Shown: positions 8,549-16,997 of the stretch, piece after piece
Layout of the letters: each line of letters opens with the position of its first letter
Numbering within the stretch: the first letter of the stretch is position 1
Notes under the pieces: generated by a model
What the model saw: the letters and a program-made list of their open reading frames with translations, nothing else
What the model was told of the DNA's origin: nothing
Databases searched by the model: none
Virus record (IMG/VR): IMGVR_UViG_3300028582_000252
Span: 1 to 64,000 of that record
DNA length: 64,000 bases
Direction: 5' to 3' (one strand)
Origin: a virus
Lineage: Duplodnaviria > Caudoviricetes
Made by a program: the position numbers and the translations under genes

Positions 8549-10228
8549 TTATTCCGAAGAATCATGTGCGATACCGTAAAGCACGAAATACACGCATGGC
8601 AGCGCAACTCCGTTCCCCCACATTTTGTATTCGGCGGAATCAGAATGCGGATCTTTCAGCCACTTCAATATTTGTTTTTCCGTTTTGGGTTTCTTGTCAG
8701 GTGCCGTTGCTTTTCTGTATTCTTCGAACACATCTGTAAAGAACCGTATCTCTTCATCTGAAGGTTCTTCCGTCCCAAGTCCTGAACACCAACCGTCCGG
8801 GAATCCCTGCAGTCTTGCGCACTCTTTCGGCGTCAGCCGTCTTACGATGTATCCCTTCCCATTTACGAGAGGCGGATCTTTGTAGTCTGTAGCAACGAGC
8901 GTGTTCGCCAGTTCTTTTTCGGCGCTCGTGAAAAACGATGCTTTGCTGCTGCTAAAGTGCGCTACTGCGTTGGGACCTTTAGCGACCATGGTAGGCTCAA
9001 GCTCTTCTTCGACTGCGAATCCGAACTTGGCGTTCTTTCCCTGGTTGAATGCGGCCCTGTCTATCCCGTATGAAGTCTGAGCAATGATGTTCTGCTGCGA
9101 ATCCATGCAGTTCAGCGCACCGGTTTTCTCCTGAAGACCAAGCTGATTGACCTGACCGTTCCCAATACAGTACGGCTCGAACAGCACCTGATCGTTGTTG
9201 CAGCCGAGTGTAGCGGATCTGTCTTCCTGCACAAGAGCGCCCTTTCCACCGCCGGCCTTTCCGCATCTTATTTTCATGGTCTTTGGCGTTTCCATGACAA
9301 GAGGCACGTTGTTGCCGCCTGTCCCCATATGAGATGTAAGAGTCTGTGATTTCCCGTCTGTCCTTACTTTGACCCTGCTGTCCGAAGGATAGTTCTCCAC
9401 GGATACAGCAGACTGCATGATGCATGGCGGATGATTTGATTTGGCCCTGAGTGTGGAAGTCATGTCTTCGGTCACATCCATCCTCTGACCGCCCTGGTCG
9501 TTCAGGCAGATGCCTGCATCATGAGCGCTTCCTTCAATACGTACGGAAGTTCTTTGCCACGGGAGGCTGCTCTTCTCAGTATCCCGTGGCATGCCCTCCT
9601 GCTCAAATAATATTTCTCCGGCACGTCCTCCTCTAAGATCTGCGACAAGGTAGATCCTCTTTCTTCTCTGGGGCACTCCCCAGTACTGAGCGTCGAGAGT
9701 TCTGTAAGCAATGCTCCATCCGTCTCCCACGAGCATGTCTGCGTGCGGCCATTTTCCGTCACAAGGCGCAGGCACCTCGGGCCTGCCTTCTTCACAGATC
9801 GATACGATTTCTTCGAGGACTGCCCTGAAGTCTTCTCCACTGTTGCTGGAGAAAGCTCCTGCGACGTTTTCCCATACGATGTATTTCGGGTATTCTCCAT
9901 TTGTTTTTTCCCTCATTTCTTTTACGATGCGCACGGCCTCATAAAAAAGAACGGATCTTGCTCCGCCCAGTCCTTTACGTCCGCCTGCAAGAGAAAGGTC
10001 CTGACACGGCGAACCGAATGTAATTATATCTACCGGCTCTATCTCAGAGCCTTTTATCTTCGAAATGTTCCCAAGATGCTTCATTGAAGGGATCCTCTTT
10101 GTTGTCACCCTTATCGGGAACGGTTCTATCTCGGATGCCCATATCGGCGTTATCCCGCAGAGCATGCCACCGAGAGGGAATCCTCCCGAGCCATCGAACA
10201 GGCTCCCGAGCGTAAGCTGCTTATTCAC
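8549..10228 (-). CDS. Phage C5-cytosine DNA methyltransferase with a modular variable region
   Basis: SLFDGSGG, GSPCQD, WENV, PQRRKR, RRLTPKECARLQGFPD, YKMWGNG. Confidence 0.92.
   Translation of the reverse strand: MNKQLTLGSLFDGSGGFPLGGMLCGITPIWASEIEPFPIRVTTKRIPSMKHLGNISKIKGSEIEPVDIITFGSPCQDLSLAGGRKGLGGARSVLFYEAVRIVKEMREKTNGEYPKYIVWENVAGAFSSNSGEDFRAVLEEIVSICEEGRPEVPAPCDGKWPHADMLVGDGWSIAYRTLDAQYWGVPQRRKRIYLVADLRGGRAGEILFEQEGMPRDTEKSSLPWQRTSVRIEGSAHDAGICLNDQGGQRMDVTEDMTSTLRAKSNHPPCIMQSAVSVENYPSDSRVKVRTDGKSQTLTSHMGTGGNNVPLVMETPKTMKIRCGKAGGGKGALVQEDRSATLGCNNDQVLFEPYCIGNGQVNQLGLQEKTGALNCMDSQQNIIAQTSYGIDRAAFNQGKNAKFGFAVEEELEPTMVAKGPNAVAHFSSSKASFFTSAEKELANTLVATDYKDPPLVNGKGYIVRRLTPKECARLQGFPDGWCSGLGTEEPSDEEIRFFTDVFEEYRKATAPDKKPKTEKQILKWLKDPHSDSAEYKMWGNGVALPCVYFVLYGIAHDSSE
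9502..9900 (-). CDS. Nested +1-frame ORF inside the C5 MTase (M.EcoHK31I beta-like polypeptide)
   Basis: GAGGG upstream of ATG; STLSQILEEDVPEKYYLS..ACHGILRRA..RGKELP is conserved with 62502-62894. Confidence 0.65.
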   Translation of the reverse strand: MENTRNTSYGKTSQELSPATVEKTSGQSSKKSYRSVKKAGPRCLRLVTENGRTQTCSWETDGALLTELSTLSTGECPREERGSTLSQILEEDVPEKYYLSRRACHGILRRAASRGKELPYVLKEALMMQASA

Positions 10229-11451
10229 TGTGCTGCCTCCTCGTACTTCATTTTCTTGCCGCCCCTTATGAGGATCACATCATCCGAGGCGCCTTTCTGC
10301 TCTATCATGCGGCTCACGACCACGTCGCAGAACTTCTCATCGAGCTCTATCCCGTAGCAGATCCTGTCCGTCTGTTCGCAGGCGACCATGGTGCTGCCGG
10401 ACCCGATGAACGGATCCAGGACTATGCATCCGCTCATTGAAGAATTAACGATAGGATATGCCAGAAGCGGTACCGGCTTCATCGTAGGATGATCGGCATT
10501 CTTCTTAGGCTTATCGTATTCCCAGATTGTCGATTCCTTCCTGCCGCTGAACCATTTATGCTTTCCTTTCTTCTTCCAGCCATAAAGGATCGGTTCGTGC
10601 TGCCACTGATATGGAGACCTGCCAAGAACTAAGCTCTGCTTCTTCCATATGCAGCAGCCTGAAAGATAAAAGCCTGCATCCTGAAAAGCTTTCCTGAAAT
10701 TCAGCCCTTCGGTATCTGCATGGAACACATATATGCTTGCGTCATCAGCCATGACCTTTTCAGTATTAGTGAATGCATCAAGCAGGAACTGATAGAACTT
10801 GCTGCTCCCCATGTTGTCGTTTTTGATCTTTCCTGCGCTGCCTTCGTAGTCGACGTTGTACGGAGGATCCGTTACGACGAGATTTGCTTTCGCCCCGTCC
10901 ATAAGCGCTTCATACATTTTCGGATTTGTGCTGTCGCCGCAGATCAGTCGATGCTTTCCTATGAGCCACAGATCTCCAAGCTTGGTCAACGCAGGCTTCT
11001 TCAGTTCTTCCTCCACATCGAAGTCATCGTCCTCAATGTCATCATCCGTAAGAAGCTTGTTGATCTCGCTGTCATCAAACCCAAGAAGTGATACATCGAA
11101 GTCTGCGCCCTGAAGATCTGAAAGCTCGACCGCCAGCATCTCTTCATCCCAGCCGGCATTAAGTGCCAGCCTGTTGTCCGCGAGGATGTATGCTTTCTTC
11201 TGAGCGTCTGTAAGATTTTCTGCAAACACGCATGGTACGGTTTTGTATCCTTCAAGCTTTGCCGCTTCAATTCTGCCGTGGCCCACGATGATGTTGTAAT
11301 CTGCATCTATTACTGCAGGCGATACGAACCCGAACTCACGAAGAGAAGATCTAAGCTGTGCTATCTGATCCTTGTTATGGGTCCTGGCATTCCTTGCATA
11401 AGGAATCAGCTTATCGATATCCACCTGTTCAAATTTCTTTGTATCCATCAC
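10225..11451 (-). CDS. ParB-N domain + N4/N6 DNA methyltransferase
   Basis: IIVGHGR, LADNR; TDPPY, HPTMKP, LDPFIGSGST. Confidence 0.92.
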   Translation of the reverse strand: MMDTKKFEQVDIDKLIPYARNARTHNKDQIAQLRSSLREFGFVSPAVIDADYNIIVGHGRIEAAKLEGYKTVPCVFAENLTDAQKKAYILADNRLALNAGWDEEMLAVELSDLQGADFDVSLLGFDDSEINKLLTDDDIEDDDFDVEEELKKPALTKLGDLWLIGKHRLICGDSTNPKMYEALMDGAKANLVVTDPPYNVDYEGSAGKIKNDNMGSSKFYQFLLDAFTNTEKVMADDASIYVFHADTEGLNFRKAFQDAGFYLSGCCIWKKQSLVLGRSPYQWQHEPILYGWKKKGKHKWFSGRKESTIWEYDKPKKNADHPTMKPVPLLAYPIVNSSMSGCIVLDPFIGSGSTMVACEQTDRICYGIELDEKFCDVVVSRMIEQKGASDDVILIRGGKKMKYEEAAQ

Positions 11452-12014
11452 TTACCCTTTCTTGACCGAAGCAGCTGCTCCATCATATCGTCCTGCGGAT
11501 TTCCCGTGAACGCCGCCGTGCAGTTCTGCTTTACTATGTCGTATATTTCATACCAAAGCAGATTCGCCTGCTTCTGAAAGGACTGACTCATCTGTACAAA
11601 TGGGCTTGTGATAGCGCCGCCTGTAGTCGGGTGCTTCCCAAGAAGTCCGTATGTGCTAATAGCGTCCTCACACTGTATATATCTTGCGAACGCCTGCGAA
11701 TATCCTTCAATGAGTCTGTTGCTCACGAACTTCTCGCAGCCGCGTTCTTCAAGCCACTTCCAAGTTTCTTTATATATCTCATCCGCGCCGAGCGGTTTAC
11801 CGTCGCGTTGCTTTGCTGACAGGTAGCTGCTCGGGTCCGGCATGTCGCTCCCTTCAAGATCAGCTGGTTCTCCGATGCTTCCCGCTTTGAGTTCAGTCAC
11901 CGGAAGCTCCATGATCGTAGCCGGCTTGCCTTTGCTGATCTTATCCGCCAGGGCCTCCGGTTTATCGCCTGCCCTGACTCTTCTGCCACCCCTGTTAGTC
12001 ATATCTTTTGCCAA
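11448..12014 (-). CDS. terS: Terminase small subunit (P27 family)
   Basis: NRGGRRVRAG.KP, KHPTTG..I.SPFVQM; directly downstream of HNH and the cos-like region. Confidence 0.8.
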   Translation of the reverse strand: MAKDMTNRGGRRVRAGDKPEALADKISKGKPATIMELPVTELKAGSIGEPADLEGSDMPDPSSYLSAKQRDGKPLGADEIYKETWKWLEERGCEKFVSNRLIEGYSQAFARYIQCEDAISTYGLLGKHPTTGGAITSPFVQMSQSFQKQANLLWYEIYDIVKQNCTAAFTGNPQDDMMEQLLRSRKGK

Positions 12015-12029
12015 ATTATCACCTCAATT

Positions 12030-12124
12030 TCTTAAATCCCCCGTTTGAACCGTGATTTTTGTACGCGTGACCCCGCACCGTTGCCCGGTCGAAGCCATCC
12101 TGGAGATCTTACCCGCCCCTGGGG
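12030..12124. other. Probable cos packaging region
   Basis: GC-rich HNH-terS intergenic segment (minus strand GGGGCGGG..CGGTGCGGGGTCACGCGT), the usual position in HK97-type cos phages. The cut site cannot be determined here. Confidence 0.55.
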
Positions 12125-12490
12125 TCAGCGTCTTATTTTTCTATCTCCAAGCTCGATATGCATCTTCGTATGGCATGACTGGCAAAGACTCATAAGATTC
12201 GAAGGATCATTCGTCCCACCTTGTGATACAGGAATGATGTGGTGCACCTCCTGCATGAGTGTCGCGCGTCCTTCGCTTAGACACCTTTCGCACAATGGAT
12301 GCTCCCTCGCGTACCTATCACGTATCCTTTTCCATGAACGCCCGTATATCTTGTTCACGTCTTTGCTGCGCTCGTACCTGTTGTACTGTCTATCCGTGAG
12401 TTTCTTGTGCTCCTCGCAGTAACTACTGCCTGAAACCGCAAGCTTCGGGCATCCAGGATACGAACATGGACTTAGCGGTTTCCTAGGCAT
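12125..12490 (-). CDS. Terminase-associated HNH endonuclease
   Basis: CSYPGC, CEEH, PLCERC, EVHHI.P..GG..NL.SLCQSCH. Confidence 0.9.
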   Translation of the reverse strand: MPRKPLSPCSYPGCPKLAVSGSSYCEEHKKLTDRQYNRYERSKDVNKIYGRSWKRIRDRYAREHPLCERCLSEGRATLMQEVHHIIPVSQGGTNDPSNLMSLCQSCHTKMHIELGDRKIRR

Positions 12491-12699
12491 TACCATCTGC
12501 ACCTCCCGCTATAGTATTTGTCTGCTATGTCCATCTGATCGCAAGGAGAAAGCCGCCTAAGAAGCTCATGTGCATGCGCTGCTGACTTCCCAGCCTCCAA
12601 CGCTGTTTTATAGAATGGGCATGTTACTCCTTCACATTTATTTACTTTAAGCACAGCACATCTATTACCGCTGCGCACTGCAAAGCATCTATTCTTCAT
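12490..12699 (-). CDS. Small Cys-rich hypothetical phage protein
   Basis: AAGGA RBS, CFA..C.VL..C..CPFYKT; coupled to the HNH gene. Confidence 0.6.
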   Translation of the reverse strand: MKNRCFAVRSGNRCAVLKVNKCEGVTCPFYKTALEAGKSAAHAHELLRRLSPCDQMDIADKYYSGRCRW

Positions 12700-12790
12700 T
12701 CGATATTCCTTTCCATGAAAAAACCTCCGGGGAATTTCTCCTCGAAGGTTTATCATCTTTTTCGCTAGTATAATACTATCACAAACTCGA

Positions 12791-12817
12791 ACTCTCATTT
12801 ACTCTCATTTACTCTTA
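12791..12817. promoter_or_regulatory. 10-bp tandem repeat (ACTCTCATTT x2 + partial) at the putative late promoter
   Basis: Overlaps the stop of the RinA-like gene, upstream of a -10-like TATTATACT and the HNH/terS operon. Confidence 0.6.
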
Positions 12818-13227
12818 TCAGGCATGATTCTGTATATTTCTTTTAATGCTACGCTATGGAGATGGAATACATGCTGCACGCTGTAATACATATCAGTTGC
12901 TATCTGTTCCCAGCCTTCAAAACAAAGGTATCTCTTTTCAAGCAGCGTTTGGCATTCCGGGTTCTTCACTTTTTTTATTACTTCTGTGATTTCCTTCTTG
13001 AGGTCCACCAGTTCATCTATGTCATGATTGATTTCATTTTCAAGCTCAATGATCTTTATTATCACGTCCTCCATGCTGTGGGTGTTCTTGGTATTACTGA
13101 CCGGCGCATCATTAAGCGTTGCAGTAGCCTTTGTCGCAAGTGCGTGCAGCGATTCTGTCTGCATTATTTTACTATCGATTCGCTGGTCAATGTGATAAGC
13201 CTGACCCAGGTATTCTTTTGCTGTCAT
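12805..13227 (-). CDS. RinA/ArpU (DUF1492)-type late transcriptional activator
   Basis: MTAKEYL.QAY.IDQRI, LLEKRYL..WEQIA..M.YS..H; position before the packaging module. Confidence 0.85.
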   Translation of the reverse strand: MTAKEYLGQAYHIDQRIDSKIMQTESLHALATKATATLNDAPVSNTKNTHSMEDVIIKIIELENEINHDIDELVDLKKEITEVIKKVKNPECQTLLEKRYLCFEGWEQIATDMYYSVQHVFHLHSVALKEIYRIMPDKSK

Positions 13228-13451
13228 ATGTATTCCCTCCTTATCTTCTCCATGATCACATTACCGTCGCATCCAGTAAGTTCATAGAACCACTGCGAAC
13301 GGAAGAATCTTTCAACTTCGATTATCTCTACTGACCTTGCTCTTCCCGGATGCTTTTTTTCTCTGCATAAAAGGCTCCTGTAATCCTTCGCGGCTCTTAC
13401 CGCTATCGCTGTTGCAAGCCTTACATAAGGATCTTCGTTTTCATATATCAT
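13224..13451 (-). CDS. Conserved hypothetical phage protein
   Basis: PY..LA.AI...AAKDYR..EVERFFRSQWF..LT; GGAGG RBS. Confidence 0.75.
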   Translation of the reverse strand: MIYENEDPYVRLATAIAVRAAKDYRSLLCREKKHPGRARSVEIIEVERFFRSQWFYELTGCDGNVIMEKIRREYI

Positions 13452-13532
13452 GGTATAACCTCCAATCGATATATCTTTTTCCGCTATGTTTATGTTTTCA
13501 CCCTGTGCTGCAAAGCTGCGTCGTATCATTGA

Positions 13533-13817
13533 TCAGTGCAGGAGGCCGTCAAGCACGACCCGCACCTCGTCCACCGAGCGGACGACCGTCGCCGTCCCTC
13601 CGGCTGCGAGGATTTTTCTGATGGTCGCTTCCTGGAGCTTTGTAGGCCTGCCTTCTTCCGTCTTCACTTCGAATCCGTAGAAGTGGCCATCGATGCAGGC
13701 GATTATATCCGTGATGCCTGCCGTCCCGTACATTCCGCCATGCTCCTTCCAGGCAAAGCAGCGCGGCACCGTCTTAAGGTACCTCATTATCCTTTTTACT
13801 ATGTCCGATTCTGACAT
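13533..13817 (-). CDS. VRR-NUC domain nuclease
   Basis: GITDII (usually PD), FEVK..G.PT.LQ, GG.A.VVRS. Confidence 0.85.
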   Translation of the reverse strand: MSESDIVKRIMRYLKTVPRCFAWKEHGGMYGTAGITDIIACIDGHFYGFEVKTEEGRPTKLQEATIRKILAAGGTATVVRSVDEVRVVLDGLLH

Positions 13818-13872
13818 TTTTTACCACCTATCTTTCAATGTGTTCCGAAAGAATCGCCATTTTTCAATGGTT

Positions 13873-13992
13873 GGAACACATAGAACACGAGAAATCCTAT
13901 TATACTGACTTTTTAATTACAAAAAAACACGTATATGCATATTTTTTTTGTATATATAGAGAGAGTTAGAAAAGTCGTGTTCCATGTGTTCC
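13873..13992. other. Putative phage replication origin
   Basis: 18-bp inverted repeat (GGAACACATAGAACACGA / TCGTGTTCCATGTGTTCC, 17/18) around an AT-rich core just downstream of the primase-helicase gene. Confidence 0.6.
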
Positions 13993-14053
13993 GAATGGCT
14001 CGAATTTCCTCCCGGATATGGCGCGTCCAACCGCCGTAGCTGTTGCAAACACT

Positions 14054-16549
14054 TCATCCCAGCATCTCTCCAAGTTTTATTCCGTTAAGAACACGTCTGC
14101 CGCCCAATCTGTCGATGTCGCGTTCCACATCGCTGCACGCGGAAAGAAGCTGCTGCACGAACGTCTTCTGGGAATACGGCTTAAGCCCGCACTCATCGCA
14201 GTAGCTCTTATACGCGCGGAACAGCTCTGTGGACCCAGTAGCCGCCGAAGGATCGAGTTCGCAGTACTCTTTTACGAATGAAAGCACCGAATCCGACTCT
14301 TCCCTGTACTGTTGGAGCTCCGTCCTGTTGACCTGTGTTTCCGAGAAGCGAAAATCGTTGTTCATGAGCCTCCTGAGGCCTTCCAGGGCGAACAGAAAGA
14401 TGCCGTCGGCTTCCATGCGGAATTTATCCAGGAGCCCGGGATCGCGTTTTTCAGGCGGCACGGTATGACTGAATCGTATGATTATAAGCCTCCTGTAAAA
14501 GCCCTCCGACCTGTCCCCGTAGTTCCTCGGTATGCTGTTGCATGAGAACAGCAGCCTCGCGCTCGACTGGAAAGAGAACGGATTCCTGTTCTTCTTCTCT
14601 ACGGTGAGATAATCCTCCCCTACGAGCGCCTTGAATATCCCGTTGTCGTCTATGTTCTTCGTGGGAAGGTCTGCGAATATGTTGGCCAGTTTACCAAAAA
14701 GCTCCGCCGGCTTGAATCTTTCGTTCAGCGCCTGCCATGACACGTTCGACACGTTCTGCTTTCCGAGAAGCACCTCGTTCAGGACCCTTAGAAGCACTGA
14801 CTTTCCCGCTCCTGCTGCTCCCACTATGACGAAGCACTTCTGGGCTGCGTTCACCGGAATGAGGAAATACCCCATCATCTCCTGGATGAGTTTCACCTGG
14901 TCCATATCGCCGTCCATAGATTCCTCGAGGAACTTTTTGAACATCGGGCAGTCCGCCGTTTTGTCATAGGTAACGGCAAGCTGCACCGTCGAATAATATT
15001 CCGGGTTATGCTCTGTAAGAGTGTCTTCCAGCACGTTGTAAAGTCCGTTCCTCACATTGATGATGTAAGGATTGGAGTTCAGCTCCCTTATATCCTTCTG
15101 CACTTTTAGCCGCCACTGTTTCTCCGCATCCATGATCTGTGTCATCCTTGTTTCGCGTACCAGCATCCTGTCCTGAACGAGTTTCTGCGCTTCCATATCG
15201 CTCATCTCGGAATAAACGCCTCCGCTGTATCCGAAATGCTGCTCCGCCGCGTAAAACACCTTCTCTGTATCTGCCATATTCTGAGCAAGTACCCCCGGAA
15301 GGAACCTGAGCCCTCCGTTCTCCATAGGCTCGTACCAGTCCGGAAGCGATGCTCCTGCCTTTGCTTTCTTCGCGGCTTTTCCCGCCTTGAATACACGGCT
15401 CACATCTTTATAGACAGCTTTCAGCGATTTCAGAAACGACGCCTTGAACTTGAAGTGATCACGCAGCGCGACATCGATGATCACGTCCGCTATCACCACA
15501 TCCTGGTTATACAGGTAATCCCTCACAAATTTCTCCGCCATCTGAAGGTCCTCTATCGTATTGCCCGTGCATGGGATATCCGAGATGATATCCTGCAGGA
15601 CGTCAGTGCTAAGAGGCAAGTAGCAGAGAGCCGCGGGCGACCTTACCTGGCACTCGCCCTTTTCGAATTTCGGGCATTTGTACCCTTTCTCGCATATCGT
15701 GCTGCAGTTTATTGGACCAGTCCCGCTCTCCAGAAAATGGTTTATCTTCTTTTGCGTCACCGATTCGCTGTAACCTGGATACGGAGCGGAAAGCTCGTGT
15801 ATCTTCTTCGTACCGCCGTCGAAAGATGCGAGGTTCGTTACCATTGCGTACCAGTCGTGCTCAGAAAGGTCTGCTGCATCTGTCCTGCAGTGCCTAAGGA
15901 AGTCGCAGCTCCTCATAACTATGTCCAGGCCCTTCTGCATGCCGTTTTTCTTTTCCGGCGGCTTTTCATCTGCTTCCGGCAGTAGCTCTGACAGCTGATC
16001 CTGTGTGTACTTGAGCTCCGGATGGAAACTTATACACTCCACCATGACCCTCTTATCAGTCTTGCAGTGATAGAACCCCGGGAGTCTCATAACCCTGGAT
16101 TCATTGACGCACATTGGGTCCCCGCCGAACATCTTTACAAGCTGTTTCTGCACGGTGCGGAAGCGCTCCACTTTCGCTGTGCCGTCCATGAAATAATATG
16201 TATGCAGTGATTTCTGCGTCCTTACTATCATCGAAGGCCGGAGCGGAAATGCATCGATCTTAGCCTGCTGCTCCTCGAATGTCCCGCCGTCCATTTCGAA
16301 GAACTGGGAATTTATCCTCGTAATCGACTGATCGTTCTGCCCGCCGTAATTCACTACGAAGAACACGCCGCGGTCCTGCTCGTTGTGCTTATTTAAGTCT
16401 TCCTCTATGGTCTTGTATTTTCCGCATTCGCACTGCAGGTTCTGTCCGCGGAACACGCCGCGCTTCTTGTCATCGAAGACACGAAAGCATACGGTATCTG
16501 CCGGGTTGAAAAGGCTGCCGAGTATGTCGGCCGCTGTAATATTGATCAT
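14054..16549 (-). CDS. Primase with D5/P4-family SF3 helicase
   Basis: N-terminal primase motifs (FFEMD, SLHTYY, RVMRLPG); Walker A GAAGAGKS; LLFSCN, FYRRLIII.F. Confidence 0.9.
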   Translation of the reverse strand: MINITAADILGSLFNPADTVCFRVFDDKKRGVFRGQNLQCECGKYKTIEEDLNKHNEQDRGVFFVVNYGGQNDQSITRINSQFFEMDGGTFEEQQAKIDAFPLRPSMIVRTQKSLHTYYFMDGTAKVERFRTVQKQLVKMFGGDPMCVNESRVMRLPGFYHCKTDKRVMVECISFHPELKYTQDQLSELLPEADEKPPEKKNGMQKGLDIVMRSCDFLRHCRTDAADLSEHDWYAMVTNLASFDGGTKKIHELSAPYPGYSESVTQKKINHFLESGTGPINCSTICEKGYKCPKFEKGECQVRSPAALCYLPLSTDVLQDIISDIPCTGNTIEDLQMAEKFVRDYLYNQDVVIADVIIDVALRDHFKFKASFLKSLKAVYKDVSRVFKAGKAAKKAKAGASLPDWYEPMENGGLRFLPGVLAQNMADTEKVFYAAEQHFGYSGGVYSEMSDMEAQKLVQDRMLVRETRMTQIMDAEKQWRLKVQKDIRELNSNPYIINVRNGLYNVLEDTLTEHNPEYYSTVQLAVTYDKTADCPMFKKFLEESMDGDMDQVKLIQEMMGYFLIPVNAAQKCFVIVGAAGAGKSVLLRVLNEVLLGKQNVSNVSWQALNERFKPAELFGKLANIFADLPTKNIDDNGIFKALVGEDYLTVEKKNRNPFSFQSSARLLFSCNSIPRNYGDRSEGFYRRLIIIRFSHTVPPEKRDPGLLDKFRMEADGIFLFALEGLRRLMNNDFRFSETQVNRTELQQYREESDSVLSFVKEYCELDPSAATGSTELFRAYKSYCDECGLKPYSQKTFVQQLLSACSDVERDIDRLGGRRVLNGIKLGEMLG

Positions 16550-16995
16550 GCTTCTGCCTCCTCGATCTTGAAATAACGGATGGGTATATGAAGACGTTTT
16601 GCTTCCGAGATCTCCTGCTCCATGCCTTCTGACACTATGCCTTCTCTTGTGAAGCACCACACTTCATCGCATAAAGCGAGAAGCGCGAGTCCGAACATGC
16701 AGCAAAGCTCTCTCTGCCCGGGGTCGCTATCATCGAATCCCATTGCGGGATACATGAGATGGCTCGCTACAGGCATCATGCCTTTAGAAGCAGCGTAGCG
16801 GCATGCCATCGCGGCATCTGCTGCATTCGCTGTCCTGTCACCTGCGTAACGCGAAGCGATGTATGCCTTCGGCCTTGTCTTCATCTCATGCTGCCTCCGC
16901 CAGACGCGTTTACGCTCAATGCGGTATTCTTTCATCACATTTCCTATGGCCTGTCCGGCCGTAGGGTCAGCGTAGCCTTCAGAATTTCTATACAT
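16546..16995 (-). CDS. DUF4406/nucleoside-deoxyribosyltransferase-like phage protein
   Basis: YIASRYAGD, CDEVW.F, SEGMEQEI..A; N-terminal NSEGYADPTA. Confidence 0.7.
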   Translation of the reverse strand: MYRNSEGYADPTAGQAIGNVMKEYRIERKRVWRRQHEMKTRPKAYIASRYAGDRTANAADAAMACRYAASKGMMPVASHLMYPAMGFDDSDPGQRELCCMFGLALLALCDEVWCFTREGIVSEGMEQEISEAKRLHIPIRYFKIEEAEA

Positions 16996-16997
16996 GC

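Noticed and set aside
8997-9425. Second nested ORF (142 aa) in the C5 MTase
   Set aside because: No conserved counterpart in the paralog, unlike 9502-9900.
5314-11451. Assembly duplication of 58008-64000
   Set aside because: The copies differ throughout, with different small genes and MTase modules, so they are paralogous elements.
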